From Octopus sinensis (Eukaryota): a DNA stretch of 64,000 bases. The translations under genes and the position numbers were made by a program. How positions within the stretch are numbered: the first letter of the stretch is position 1; each line of letters opens with the position of its first letter. This document shows, one piece after another, positions 50,685-62,876 of this stretch. The notes under the pieces were generated by a model that searched no databases, was not told the origin of the DNA, and worked only from the letters and a program-made list of their open reading frames with translations. The stretch is taken from NCBI RefSeq assembly GCF_006345805.1, contig NC_043019.1, forward strand, positions 9,485,360 through 9,549,359, in the 5' to 3' direction.

Positions 50685-50835
50685 TAACAGCTAAATCTCC
50701 ATTAAATCACATACAAGCATTATAAAAGAATAATGTTTGTATAACACAATCCTACATGTGCAAAATGACTGGATGTTCATAGTTGGAATGCTTTTGATTA
50801 TAGATAAGGACACGCCTGGCTGATCAAGGGTTAAA
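50685..50835 (+). mobile_element. Repeat family D copy, CpG-eroded
   Basis: gaaataacagctaaatctccattaaatcacat...ggatgttcatagttggaatgcttttgat...gggttaaac. Confidence 0.55.
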
Positions 50836-51016
50836 CACCATGGAAATATATGTGTATGTATATGTGTATATGTAGGTATATATATGTATATGTATATATA
50901 TGTATGTATATATATGTATATATATATGTATGTATATGTATGTATATATATATGTATATGTATATATGTATATATATAATATGTATATATAATATGTATA
51001 TGATGATGATGATATG

Positions 51017-51058
<42 letters not shown>

Positions 51059-51074
51059 ATGTATATGTATAAAT

Positions 51075-52150
51075 ATCATCATCATCATTTAACATCCATT
51101 TCCCATGCTAGCATGGGTTGGACGGTTTGACCAGGGTCTGGGAAGCCAGAAGGCTGCACCAGGCTCCAGTCTGATCTGGTAGTGTTTCTACAGCTGGATG
51201 CCCTTTATAATGCCAACCACTCCATGAGTGTAGTGGGTACATTTTACTTGCCACCAGCACAGGTGCCAGAGGAGGCTGACAACGGCTATGATCAGCTGGT
51301 GCTTTTTACGTGCCACTGGCACAGAAGCCAGTCAAGTTGGCGCTGGCATTGGCCACGTTCAGATGGTATCACAGGTATCACAACTACAATTTCCATTTGA
51401 TATTTATTTTGATGTTGATGTACTTGACTCAACAGGTCTCCTCAAGCACAGCAGGTTGCCCTATGATCTAAGGTAAGCACAGCAGGCTGTCCTACGATCC
51501 AAGGTACTTTGGATGGGCTGGGGCTGCTATGTGAAGCTAGTGCAGGAAACAGCCATGAACTCATGTTATTTGTTGGGTCTTCGCAGTCACAGCATATCTC
51601 CAGAGGTCTCGGTCTTTTGTCATTGCCTCTGTGAGGCCCAATGTTCGAAGGTCATGCTTGACCACCTCATCCCATATCTTCCTGGGGCTACCTCTACCTC
51701 AGATCCCTCTAACAGTTCGGGAGTGGCACTTCTTCACACATCTCTCCTCATCCATCCATAGTACATGAACATACCAGTGCAAACGTCTCTCTTGTATGCC
51801 ACATCCTATGCTTCTTATGTCCAGCATTTCTCTCAGGGTGCTTAAACTCTGTGGTGTGTGCACACTGACATTACACATCTAGCGGATCATGCTAGCTTCA
51901 TTTCTTTTGAGCCTACGCATCTCCTCCACAGTCACAGCCCATGTTTCACTGCCGTGAAGCATGGCAGTTTGCACACATGCATCGTACAATCTACCTTTCA
52001 CTCTGATTGAGAGACCCTTTGTCACCAGTAGGGGTAGAAGCTTTCTAAACTTTGCCCAGGCTATTCTTATTCTAGTGGTAACACTCTCTGAACATCCACC
52101 CCCACTACTAACTTGGTCACCTAGGTAGCGGAAACTAGTCCACAGTAGGT
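51075..52150 (-). mobile_element. 5'-truncated RTE-group LINE: ORF2 C-terminus, about 500-bp 3' UTR and (GAT)n tail
   Basis: YLGDQVSSGGGCSESVTTRIRIAWAKFRKLLPLL...KGRLYDACVQTAMLHGSETWAV is RTE-type; 3' end gttaaatgatgatgatgat. Confidence 0.9.
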
Positions 52151-52374
52151 TCTTACATATGTATGTACATACACAGACACACACACATGCCAGTATGCAT
52201 TCACAAATATATAAATTCATAAATACATACACATATCTGCACACACATTTGGAAAGGTGTGTGTGTATGTCTCAACAGATTTATGATTCATTTAATCACA
52301 GGTCCACTCGATCAAGCCTGGAGTTAAACAAGTATCTTGTTATTAAAACAAAACAACTCTCTATGTGATTGCCT

Positions 52375-52560
52375 ATCCTGCTAGAAATAATAGCCAAAAC
52401 CACTTCAGGTGATATCGTATCTTCTTGAAAAGAAAAGAAAAAAGAAGAAAATAGTTGTAGATTCCTGAAAAGAAGGAATGGTCATGGCTGGTAAGAACCA
52501 GATCATAAGTTGGCTCAAGATTGACCTCAGGTTAAACAATAACAATAGCAACACAACCTA
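52375..52560 (+). mobile_element. Repeat family D copy
   Basis: ctgctagaaataatagccaaa...gaatggtcatggctgg...ggttaaacaataacaat. Confidence 0.55.
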
Positions 52561-52789
52561 ACAACTATTTCTAGCATTGGTTCAAAGCCAAAACGTATGG
52601 AGTGAGAGGTATCACCATTTTAAATATGTGCAAGTATTTATATGTGTGTGTGTGTGTATACGTATGTGTATATATCACGGTGTCATGGTATCGACAAACC
52701 TATCACTAGTTACTGTGCTTTGTGTTATTTAAGCTTTCAAATGATTCCGCCCCACTGGCTAGGCAGGCAAGCCAACATTCCCCCTGGAT

Positions 52790-52960
52790 AGGGTGCCAGT
52801 CCATTGCAGGGTTATCCATTTACAGCTGAGTAGACTGGAATGATGTGAAATGAAGTGTTTTGCACAAGAATACATTCTATGCACAGCTCGTCTGAAATTC
52901 GAAACCATGACCTTGAGGTCGTGAGAGTAACACCCTAACCACTTGGCCAGACGCCTTCAT
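52790..52960 (-). mobile_element. SINE family C variant
   Basis: cagctgagtagactggaa...gtgaaatgaagtgttttgcacaaga...ccctaaccacttggccagacgccttca. Confidence 0.7.
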
Positions 52961-53191
52961 ATATTTATCAAATCTACCTTTCTATCTATCTATCTATCAA
53001 TCTATTTAGACAGACAGACAGACAGATATTATTGGTAAACATTTTCATTGCTCTGGAAAAGTAAAGGCTGAAACAACTTTAACAGTTTGACCTCAGTAGC
53101 CACAGAAGGAAGCATGCCTAATATGACAAGACATTTTCTCCACTAATTCTGCCAACAATCACTCTTATTAAATAATAACAATAATAATAAC

Positions 53192-53228
<37 letters not shown>

Positions 53229-53239
53229 GTGATTGTTTC

Positions 53240-53420
53240 TAACAAATGTAGGTTAGAAATTTGTTGGGCAGGTTTAGTCAATTAGCTCAACTTCAGTCCT
53301 TGTTGGTTCATTATTTTACGGATGCCAGAGGAATAAAAGACAAAGCTGTCCTTTGCAGGATTTGAACTGAGAACATAAAGAGCCAAAACAAACACCACCA
53401 GGCATTCTAATGGCTCTGCC
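53240..53420 (-). mobile_element. SINE family A, CpG-eroded
   Basis: ataaaagacaaagctgtcctttgcaggatttgaactgagaac. Confidence 0.55.
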
Positions 53421-54416
53421 GCTATTCCACTGCCATTCACCAATCATTAGTAACACACACATAAAACAAAAAATTGCTTGAGAGAGGAAATAGTTGCACA
53501 GTATACAACTGGTATTTACCATGTTGTGTTGAGAAGAATTCAAAGAAATACGAGATGACAAAGTTTGGTTGAAGGGATCAGTCCCTAAATGGAACACGAA
53601 TCCAAGGTCGTACTTTATTTTGGAAGGCATAGCAATCAGGGAAGAATGGAATGGAAAGCAAAGTTGGTCTCTCAGTGTGAATGGAACTCAGAATGTGATG
53701 TAGCATCACTTTAGATTGCAAAGTATTTTACGATATCTCGTTTACTACAAATTTTATCAATTACACATCAGGAATGAATAATTAGGTGAAAAAAACAAAG
53801 GAGAAGAATGAGTGAGGACATAGAGAGTGAAGCATATGAGTAAGAAGGAGAGTGAGGGGGAAGAGGAGCAAAATAGCAAAATAATTTGGGAGTGCAACGA
53901 GGGGGAATAATGAAGGAACAAAAAGGAGTTTGGTGAAATTATGAAATTAGATTGCCATTCTCTGAGACTATCTCACAGCTTCTCCTTCCCTTCCACTTCC
54001 TCTTTCACTCAGTCTCACTCCATCTCCACCATCAACTTACCAATTCTCTTTACACTCCTACAACTCACATGCAAGCTCTTTCTCTCTCACTCTTTCACCC
54101 TCTCTCTCTCTTTCAACCACTCTTCTATTCCTGCCAGTCTTTTCTGTCTACTTTTCTCCTTCTCTTTCATTTTTCCTTTCTTTCTTTCTTTCTGCAATAT
54201 GATTTATCTTGAAATCGTTGCCTGTTTTTCTTTCTTCCTCTATTTCTCTGTCTGTATGCAGAAACATATTTTTATGCATGTATAAAAATGAGTGTTTGTG
54301 TATGTGTGCATGTATGTATACATATATAAATACACACACACACATATATATATATATATATGAATATGTATGTATATATGAACATGTCTATGTATGTATA
54401 TATGGATACGCGTATG

Positions 54417-54468
<52 letters not shown>

Positions 54469-54596
54469 TATCATCAAAATATATGCATATGTATATATTT
54501 ATATATGCACATGAATGAATATGTACGTGTGTGTATAGATATACATTTCTAGACATATGCAAAGATATGTATTGATCTATACATACATATATATAT

Positions 54597-54641
<45 letters not shown>

Positions 54642-54801
54642 CATACATGCATGCACAATGTGTGTGTGTACATACATACAAATGTATGTGTTGGTGTGTG
54701 TGTGAGTATGCATATGTAAAAAATCAATTCAAGGAATTTCTTTCTAAAAAGGATTTTTTCATTAATTTTAAAAATAGCTACCATTATGGATGGCTATTAT
54801 T

Positions 54802-54833
<32 letters not shown>

Positions 54834-56829
54834 TATTATTATTATTATTATCATTATTATTATTATTATTGTATTACAATATAGGATAAGAAAATGTTGT
54901 TGTTACTGATGATACTTCTTTACATTATGATGTGTGCCTTGATGATGATGGTCATGATGCTGTTGATGTTGTTGCTGTTGATTCAGCTGGTGTTGTTGGT
55001 GGCTCTTCTTCTCGTACTACTTTCTGATGCAGCCGTTCAGAATGATGTTGCTTCTGTTGTTGTTGTTGTTGTTCTGGATCCTGATGTTGTTATTTCTTTT
55101 GCTAGCATCAATTTGGTCCAATCAAATTATTACACATACATGCATATGCTCACAACACATGTGAACAGCCCCCCACACACACACACACAAACACATATTT
55201 CTATACACCATGTATTTAGATATAAACATGTATGTGTGTGTCTATTATACAACACACACACACATCATCATCATCATCGTGATCATTATTGACAACATAA
55301 TTTCACATCCATTTTTCCATGCCAGTGTGAGTTGCTGAGTTGCGTAGGTCGTTGTGGTCCATGTCACCTTGCTAGCAGAGAAAATCAGACTAACTATGGT
55401 GTTGCATAAATCTCACAGAAAAAACTTGAGTGTGGTTTGTTGTGCACCTAGTGCTAGAAAGGTTGGCCTATGCACAAAGGGCCAAGACCCTTCTACCTTG
55501 TATTTCAGGGTTACTGCTCTTCAACATTGATAAACTGCACTGTGGTTTGTGGAGTTCATTGCATCAATACTTTCAAAGGATAAATGCCTTTCCTAGCATC
55601 CAGTGTACTGGATGCCTCTAAATCATTTCATAAATGAAACTGTCCAATGTGAAGGAGCTTAAAGGATTCACAACTTCTCTTTATAGTATCAGTTCTTATT
55701 CAGTGGTTCTGCCCTTTCAGGCAGGTTGCCTGTAATGCAGCTTGTCTATTACATAATTTGGTCCTACAGTACTCAGTGAAATTCATGGAAGCATTTTATA
55801 AGTAAATTATTTCAGAATCAATTTTCTAGTCTTGTTTTTTCTTAATTTACATTGTGATATTTATAAGTAAATAAGACATTTGTCAGAGAAATTTGACAAA
55901 ATAGTATAAATTCTCTTAACAATTTTCTCTGTCAGAATATAAAGGAGTACATGGAGTTCAAAATGCTGAATGCATGTCACATACCTTAACTCATATCATG
56001 CAAATACACACACACACACACACACACATACACACACACACACACTTACACATATACACACACATGCATATATATAGACATATATATATATATGCATGCA
56101 CATACACATTATATAAGCATAAACACACACCACATATGAATATATATATATACACACACATACATACATACATACATACATGTATGTATGTATGTAAAGG
56201 AGGCCAGGGTGTTTCACCTTGCAACTCTTTTCAATATGTAATGTCCAGAATGAAGTTTCTCTTTTATTAGCTTGTTACAAAATCCATGTGCAGAAACAAG
56301 CAGGAATATTAAAAGAAAACCTTAACATATTTCTTGTAAATGTTACTGACGATCATTACTCAGTGTGTAATGAGTGTCACTGAGTAGTAGACCTGAGGAG
56401 TCACCTTTGGACACATGAGTTGTAGATTGAGCAGACACAAATCAAATAGGTAAAAATATGTGTATGCTGAAACCTATTCTTTAAAAGTGGAAGAAGAGAC
56501 TGATTGTAAGAATATAACCTTTAACATTATCAGGTGGAGCTTGGTTAGATTCAGTCTTTTGGTTGCCAAATAACGTTTATAAACTCCAATTTGGTGGATG
56601 TTAATAGCGGTTCACTTTCAGAACTAAGTTACCCTGATGATTGTCAATATCAGAATTCCATTTTGCATTCTCACAAACTTATCTTGCCTACTCACCTTAT
56701 CCAATCCTCTCCACTTACAGATACCACCCTGTAACCTGAGGCTATGCATTGGCATCTCTTCACCATTTTCTCTTTCTTCCTTCTTCTGTCCTTTTTTTTT
56801 GCCAACTGGGGTAGCTATGTATCTCCTCC

Positions 56830-57100
56830 ACAGCAAGACACCTTTCCTTATCTGACACAAAGCCACCCTTCTCAATACTACTCCCCACCTCATTTGAAGG
56901 GTCTTGTAAGTTACTTGATGATCTTCCTGGTATTGGTGCCACGTAAAAATCACCTAATGCTCTCAGTACAATGGTTGGCATTAAGAGGGACATCCAGCTA
57001 TAGAAACCATGTCGAAGCTGACAGTTAAGCTTAGCACCTGTGAAACTGAGCAACCCATTCGGGTATGGGAAACGGATATCAAATGATAATGATGATGGCC
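56830..57100 (+). mobile_element. RTE-derived non-autonomous repeat / 3' end
   Basis: ggttggcattaagagggacatccagctatagaaacc...caacccattc...atcaaatgataatgatgatg matches the RTE 3' UTR and tail at 51075-51225. Confidence 0.65.
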
Positions 57101-57574
57101 ATTTTCTGAGTTTCACTATTGTCCCTTGTTCCATTTATTCCTCCTGTGGATGTAAAATTAATAAGATAAGAAAAATTATATGTCGAAATAGAGAGAAATG
57201 TGCCACCAGTTTTGAATCCAAGTTCATAGAAAAAGAAGTGACTTTTAATATGGCAGGAAATTTTCAAGCAATCTGTATCAGCTGTGGATGCATAAGAGAC
57301 GGGCATAACTATTAATTCTGATTTCTATCCTAAATTTTTTCTTATCATCATAATCACAGTTTTATCATCAATGATATCACAATTACCATCCAAATATCCC
57401 ACCATATTAATAGAGTCCCACCAAATATCCCGATTCTTCGCTTTCCTCTGAGCTCCACTTGTTGTTTCTGTAGGAGGTGTCTGCTGGCCCCACATACAAT
57501 ATCCTCCTTTTTCAACTGGGTTTAGGGCTGTCTTTGACATACTTATACACTTCTCTGTGTGTATATATATTGAA

Positions 57575-57786
57575 GGTGGCGAGCTGGCAGAAATGTTAGC
57601 CCACCACACGAAATGCTTAGCGGTATTTCATCTGTTTTCACGTTCTGAGTTCAAATTCTGCCAAGGTTGACTTTGTCTTTCATCCTTGCAGGGTTGATAA
57701 ATTAAGTACCAGTTGTGCACTGGGGTTCACCAAATCAACTGGTACGTCCCCCAAAATTCTGGGCCTTGTGCCTAGAGTAGAAAAGT
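57575..57786 (+). mobile_element. SINE family A, full head, CpG-eroded
   Basis: ggtggcgagctggcagaaatgttagc...gagttcaaattctgccaaggttgac. Confidence 0.9.
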
Positions 57787-57950
57787 ATATATATATATAT
57801 ACACACATACATACATACATACATACACACATATGCGTATACATATATATTATACACTCATGCATATATTTATATAAACATATATAATATACATATATCC
57901 ATATACAAATGTATTTTACACATAAAATACACATGCCACCATGTCTATAT

Positions 57951-58023
<73 letters not shown>

Positions 58024-58079
58024 TACACAGAGGCAGGCAGGAACGCTTACACACACACACACACATTCAAGGGTTTTTT

Positions 58080-58231
58080 TTATTTATTGGTTCGTTCCCG
58101 AACAGCCAATCGCTTTCCCGAGAAATGGTCGTCTGCTTCAGTTTTGCATCGACCAATCAGAGCCTCTGAAAGTTGTCGTCTGCTCGAGACGACGACGACG
58201 ACGACATCTTTATTGTTCAGTTGGAGAAAAG
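58080..58231 (+). promoter_or_regulatory. Candidate Pol II promoter: three CCAAT boxes, Inr-like TCAGTT, CpG-rich
   Basis: attgg 58086, agccaatcg about 58104, gaccaatcag 58151-58160, tcagtt 58217-58222. Confidence 0.55.
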
Positions 58232-58251
58232 ATGCCCGAAGCAACTGAAAG
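58232..58251 (+). CDS. Candidate first coding exon MPEATE(S/R), gene unidentified
   Basis: aaaagATGcccgaagcaactgaaAG|GTAGGC directly downstream of the promoter motifs. Confidence 0.4.
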
Positions 58252-58342
58252 GTAGGCAAGATCGTTTACCAACGATTTTGAGACACCTTGTCGGCATTAT
58301 TGAATGCATGTGTGTGATTTTACTATATACATATTATTTATA

Positions 58343-58724
58343 CACATGGCTTCCCAATCACATGGCTTCCCAATCACATGGCTTCCCAATCACATGGCTT
58401 CGGGTTCGGTCCCACTGCGTGACACCTTGAGCAGGTGTTTTCTACTGTAGCTTCGGGCCAAGCAAAGCCTTGTGAGTGGATTTGGTAGACGGAAACTGAA
58501 AGAAGCCCGTTGTATGCGCGCGCGCACGTGTGTGTATGTGTGTCCCACCACCATCACTTGACAACTGATGTGTCTATGTCCCGGTAATTCAACGGTTCGG
58601 CAAAGAGACCAGTAGAATAAGTACTAGGCTTACAAAGAATAAGTCCTTGAGACGATTTGTTCGACTAAAGAGGGTACTCCAGCATGGCCGCAGTGAAATG
58701 AGACTGAAGCAAGTAAAAGAAAAG

Positions 58725-58730
<6 letters not shown>
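58343..58730 (+). mobile_element. SINE family B with triplicated 16-bp head segment
   Basis: (cacatggcttcccaat)3, then gggttcggtcccactgcgtgacacc...ccagcatggccgcagt tail. Confidence 0.85.
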
Positions 58731-58773
<43 letters not shown>

Positions 58774-60830
58774 ACACACACTCATATACGTGGAGGTTGT
58801 TGCTTATTAGAAGATTACGAGAATATTAAGAAATATAAAAAGGCTAATGGAGAGAAGTCAGAATGAAATGCCATGTGTGAAGGATATAAATTCGCCGACC
58901 TGGCCAGTGATTGAACCGAAAACTTTGTGATTATGAAAGGAATTCCCTACCAAATTACAAGGCGACGAGCCTTCACTGTAATATGTGCTTGTGTACATGT
59001 GTGTGGATGTGTATGTAAGTATGTATGTGTGTACACTCGCGTATTAATGCCCATTTCTTTTAATGAGGTTAATATGCCCTCATTATATATATATAACCCT
59101 ATATGTTAGGTATGTTAGGGCAAAAAAAGAACTCAAAATATGAGTATATTCTTTACTAATATTTAGCAGAAGTAAGAGAATGACTCAAGGAGCACGAGTT
59201 TCGTAAGTGCCAACGCACGAACCTTGAGTCTCGGGCCTTGAGTCACTGTGTTACTTCTGTTCGTACCAGACTCTAAAAAATATACTGGGTCGATTTATTG
59301 AAGGGTCTAACCGAATAAATTCACTAAACCGTTCAAGACGGTACCCCAGCATGGTCGTGGTCAAATGGCTGAAAACAAGTAAAAGATTAAGATAAAAGAT
59401 GTGTGAGGTATGTGTGTATATATATATTTATATATATATACGCGCGCACGCATATATGAATAGACAACAAAAGCTAGTGAACATCTGCTGAAAACTCTAA
59501 GATTTTAGTCAATAATTTTGTCCAAGACGTTTTATAAGTGGAAAGTATTTTATTTTTAAAACCGAGGTTAATCTGGGTGAAGACGATGGTCTTCTTGTCT
59601 AGACACTTCACAACCACTATCGCATATAATAAACTCATTCTTATATTCGTTACAGTCCTCCTTGGACTGTGGCCATGCGTGAGGCACCGCCGCCTTTCAC
59701 AGGATTACCATCGCCCTCTTCATTTCATCTCACTTAGATATCGATTATTTCTTAGTTTACGAACCTTGCAAAATAGAAAAGTGGTGTAAATAAAAGTAAC
59801 CTAATACAAGTTTTTTTTTTTTTTTTTGTCATGTACAGATTATGCTCTTCATCTGCCTCCGTCGCTATCTATTTATCTATCTGTCTGTCTGTTCTTAAAT
59901 ACACACTGAATTATCGTAGTTATAGTGATAGGAGACTTTTTCTTGAAACATTCAGCATGTCTTTGACATTTCGAAGATAACAGAGCCCCTCTCCAAGTAT
60001 GGAGAACACAACTGATTCCTGCTGCAGAGGAAATGTGAGTAAAAGAGAAGCAAACTTGACCTCAGTGAGATTTGAACTCAGAATACCGCAAAGCATTCTT
60101 TTCCACGCTGTTACGTATGTGTGCACGCGTGAACACATACACAGAGGCTCATTGTGTGTCGATTAGTTTAAGAGCCCCAGAAGACTGAAAGGTGCAGAAT
60201 GCCTTGCTCGAATTTGAACACGGTACGTAAAGGACCGTAACTAAACACCGTAGGCGTTCTACCGACATAAATCAGTGAGGGATTTTGTTGAGTGCCAAAT
60301 GCCGCTTTATTAGCGACTGCATAGAATCTGCCTCAGTTACGTGACTGACATAAGTGAAGCAATATGTAACTAGGATTCGAAACCAGGTCACAACAACAAT
60401 TAAAACAGAGAAAGCCCTAATTATAAGAGTACTGCTCAGAGACTGGGTGGATGGAGAGAGGCGAAGTAGGGAGAGAACGCAAGGAGAAAGAAAGAAATGG
60501 AAACAAATCCTTTTATCTCAGAAAATCTGTAAATCATTAGTTAAACTGAAATAAACTTTAAGAGCGAATCACTTTGGTTTCCATATGTTTATGTGTGTGT
60601 GTGTGTGTGCGCGCGGGGGGGGGGGTTATTGTGTGAGTAAACGTCCGACGGTATGAATGATCACTAGCATGTTGATGTTTCCTGATGATGGTGTATGCGT
60701 GTGTGTGTGTCGCGTGCGCATGCGTATGTGTGATAGTGTCTGTTAGAATGTGCGTTTGCGAACTAACACACATAAAGCAGTAGATGTACGGTGATACATA
60801 TATACATACACATATATATATATATATGTG

Positions 60831-60867
<37 letters not shown>

Positions 60868-60945
60868 GTACATACATACATATATATATATGTACATACA
60901 TATATATATGTACATGCATACATATATATATATATATATATACAT

Positions 60946-61660
60946 TACTAATCTGGTGATAAAATGCAGACGGCTAGCTGGATGCATTCTCCGAACTTTC
61001 AGAACAAGAGAGAAGGAGACACTGATGGTCCTCTGGAAAACATTCGTCCTCAGCCGCTTGGACTACTGCTCCCAACTATGGTCACCACACAATATAAAAC
61101 TAACAGCATAACTCGAAGCAATTCAGAGAAGCTACACAAAGAAGATCGTCTCAATGCAAAATATCAGCTACTGGGAAAGACTGAAAGTATTAAACCTCTT
61201 CTCCCTAGAGCGGAGGCGGGAGAGATATGCGGTGATATACATCTGGAAAATCCTGGAGGGTCTTGTCCCAAACTTTGGCATTCAAAGTTACCCCAACCGT
61301 AGAACGGGGCGCCGCTGCGTGGTGCCAAGGATTCCAACATCACCATCAAAATACAGGACCAGATACTGCAACAGCTTGGGTTCCAGAGGACCACAGCTCT
61401 TTAACATCCTCCCTAAATGCCTAAGAGACTTACATGGTGTGGATGTGGGTTTCTTTAAAACTAAACTAGGTCTCTTCTTGTCGGGAGACCCAGATGAACC
61501 TACCTCACGACAGGAGACGCAGATGCGAGCAGCAGCATCGAACTCCCTTGTTGATCAAGTGCCACGTATCAGAGGTGGATTCACAAACTAGTGTAGCTCA
61601 TTCAGCGGTGGTGCCCCAGCATGGCCGCGGTCTTCGGGCTAAAACATTTTTAAAGATTTA
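60946..61660 (+). mobile_element. 5'-truncated CR1/L2-group LINE: ORF2 C-terminus with one premature stop, plus 3' UTR
   Basis: GCILRTFRTRE...LWKTFVLSRLDYCSQLWSPH...*LEAIQRSYTK...SYWERLKVLNLFSLERRRERYAVIYIWKILEGLVPN. Confidence 0.92.
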
Positions 61661-61769
61661 AGGATTTATATATACATATATATATGTATCTGCATACATA
61701 CATATATATATATATATGTACATACATTCATATATATAATATATATATGTATGTGTGTGTGTACATACA

Positions 61770-61800
<31 letters not shown>

Positions 61801-61866
61801 GTACATACATACATACATATATATATAATATATATATATGTATGTGTGTGTGTGTACATACATACA

Positions 61867-61918
<52 letters not shown>

Positions 61919-62401
61919 TATCGGCAATGTTTACTTGAGTTATGCCATGTAAAAGAGCTCGTATGCAGATGTATAAATATATATTAATATATTATGCACT
62001 GCAAAGGGTATGTGTGGAGTTATACCCTCAAAATATTCCACTGTCTTTTGTGTCTGTAAAGAAATAATTATATGCATACATGCATACATCAACATCATAT
62101 GCACCTCAGAATATAATTGTACTTAAACATAAAACAAGTCACAGATCTGTGTGTGTAAACTGAGGATAGAGGTGTGCTAGACATTATTGTTGCTGTTGTT
62201 GTTATTATTATTGTAAGGTAAACACGAACATATGTTGCAATGAATGGATAGGGTGTATAAATAGTGTCAAAACCCTCTAATCAAAATATAGATATACACA
62301 CTCAGATTTATCTAACTTCTCACTCTTATACTGTGTCTCTCATTCTCTTTGTATTTTATACATATGCACACACACAAATTGGGGTAGTATGCATATATAC
62401 A

Positions 62402-62457
<56 letters not shown>

Positions 62458-62581
62458 GTATGCACATAGGTATAAGATGCACTTACATAATACATGCATA
62501 TATACTTTATGTATCGATGTATATATATATATATACACACACATGCATATATTGTACATGTATGTATATTATATATATATA

Positions 62582-62622
<41 letters not shown>

Positions 62623-62661
62623 AACACACATACATTCACACACACACAGATGTGTGTGATT

Positions 62662-62818
62662 ATCATCATCATTGTTTAATGTCCGCCTTCTTTGCTGGCA
62701 TGGGTAGGATGGTTTGGCATGAGCCGGCCAGGCAGACGTCTACACCAGACTTCTGGAACTGTTTTGACAGGATTTTTACAGCTGGATGCCCTTCTTAACA
62801 CCAACCACTTAGCTAAAT

Positions 62819-62876
<58 letters not shown>

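Noticed and set aside
54894-55292. Signal-peptide/TM protein ORF MLLLLMILL...
   Set aside because: Hydrophobicity comes from TTG/ATG/CTG triplet repeats and the ORF runs into (CA)n
56270-56420. C2H2 zinc-finger exon (CNECH*VVDLRSHLWTH)
   Set aside because: In-frame stop and wrong Cys-His spacing; likely chance
56624-56953. Minus-strand exon ending at the strong donor AAG|GTGAGT (about 56697)
   Set aside because: Upstream sequence belongs to an RTE-derived repeat; no convincing acceptor or coding signal
58232-58251. HSP90 or histone H2B identity for MPEATE
   Set aside because: Only MPE is shared; no downstream diagnostic exon (e.g. ETFAFQAE) in the window, and replication-type H2B genes normally lack introns
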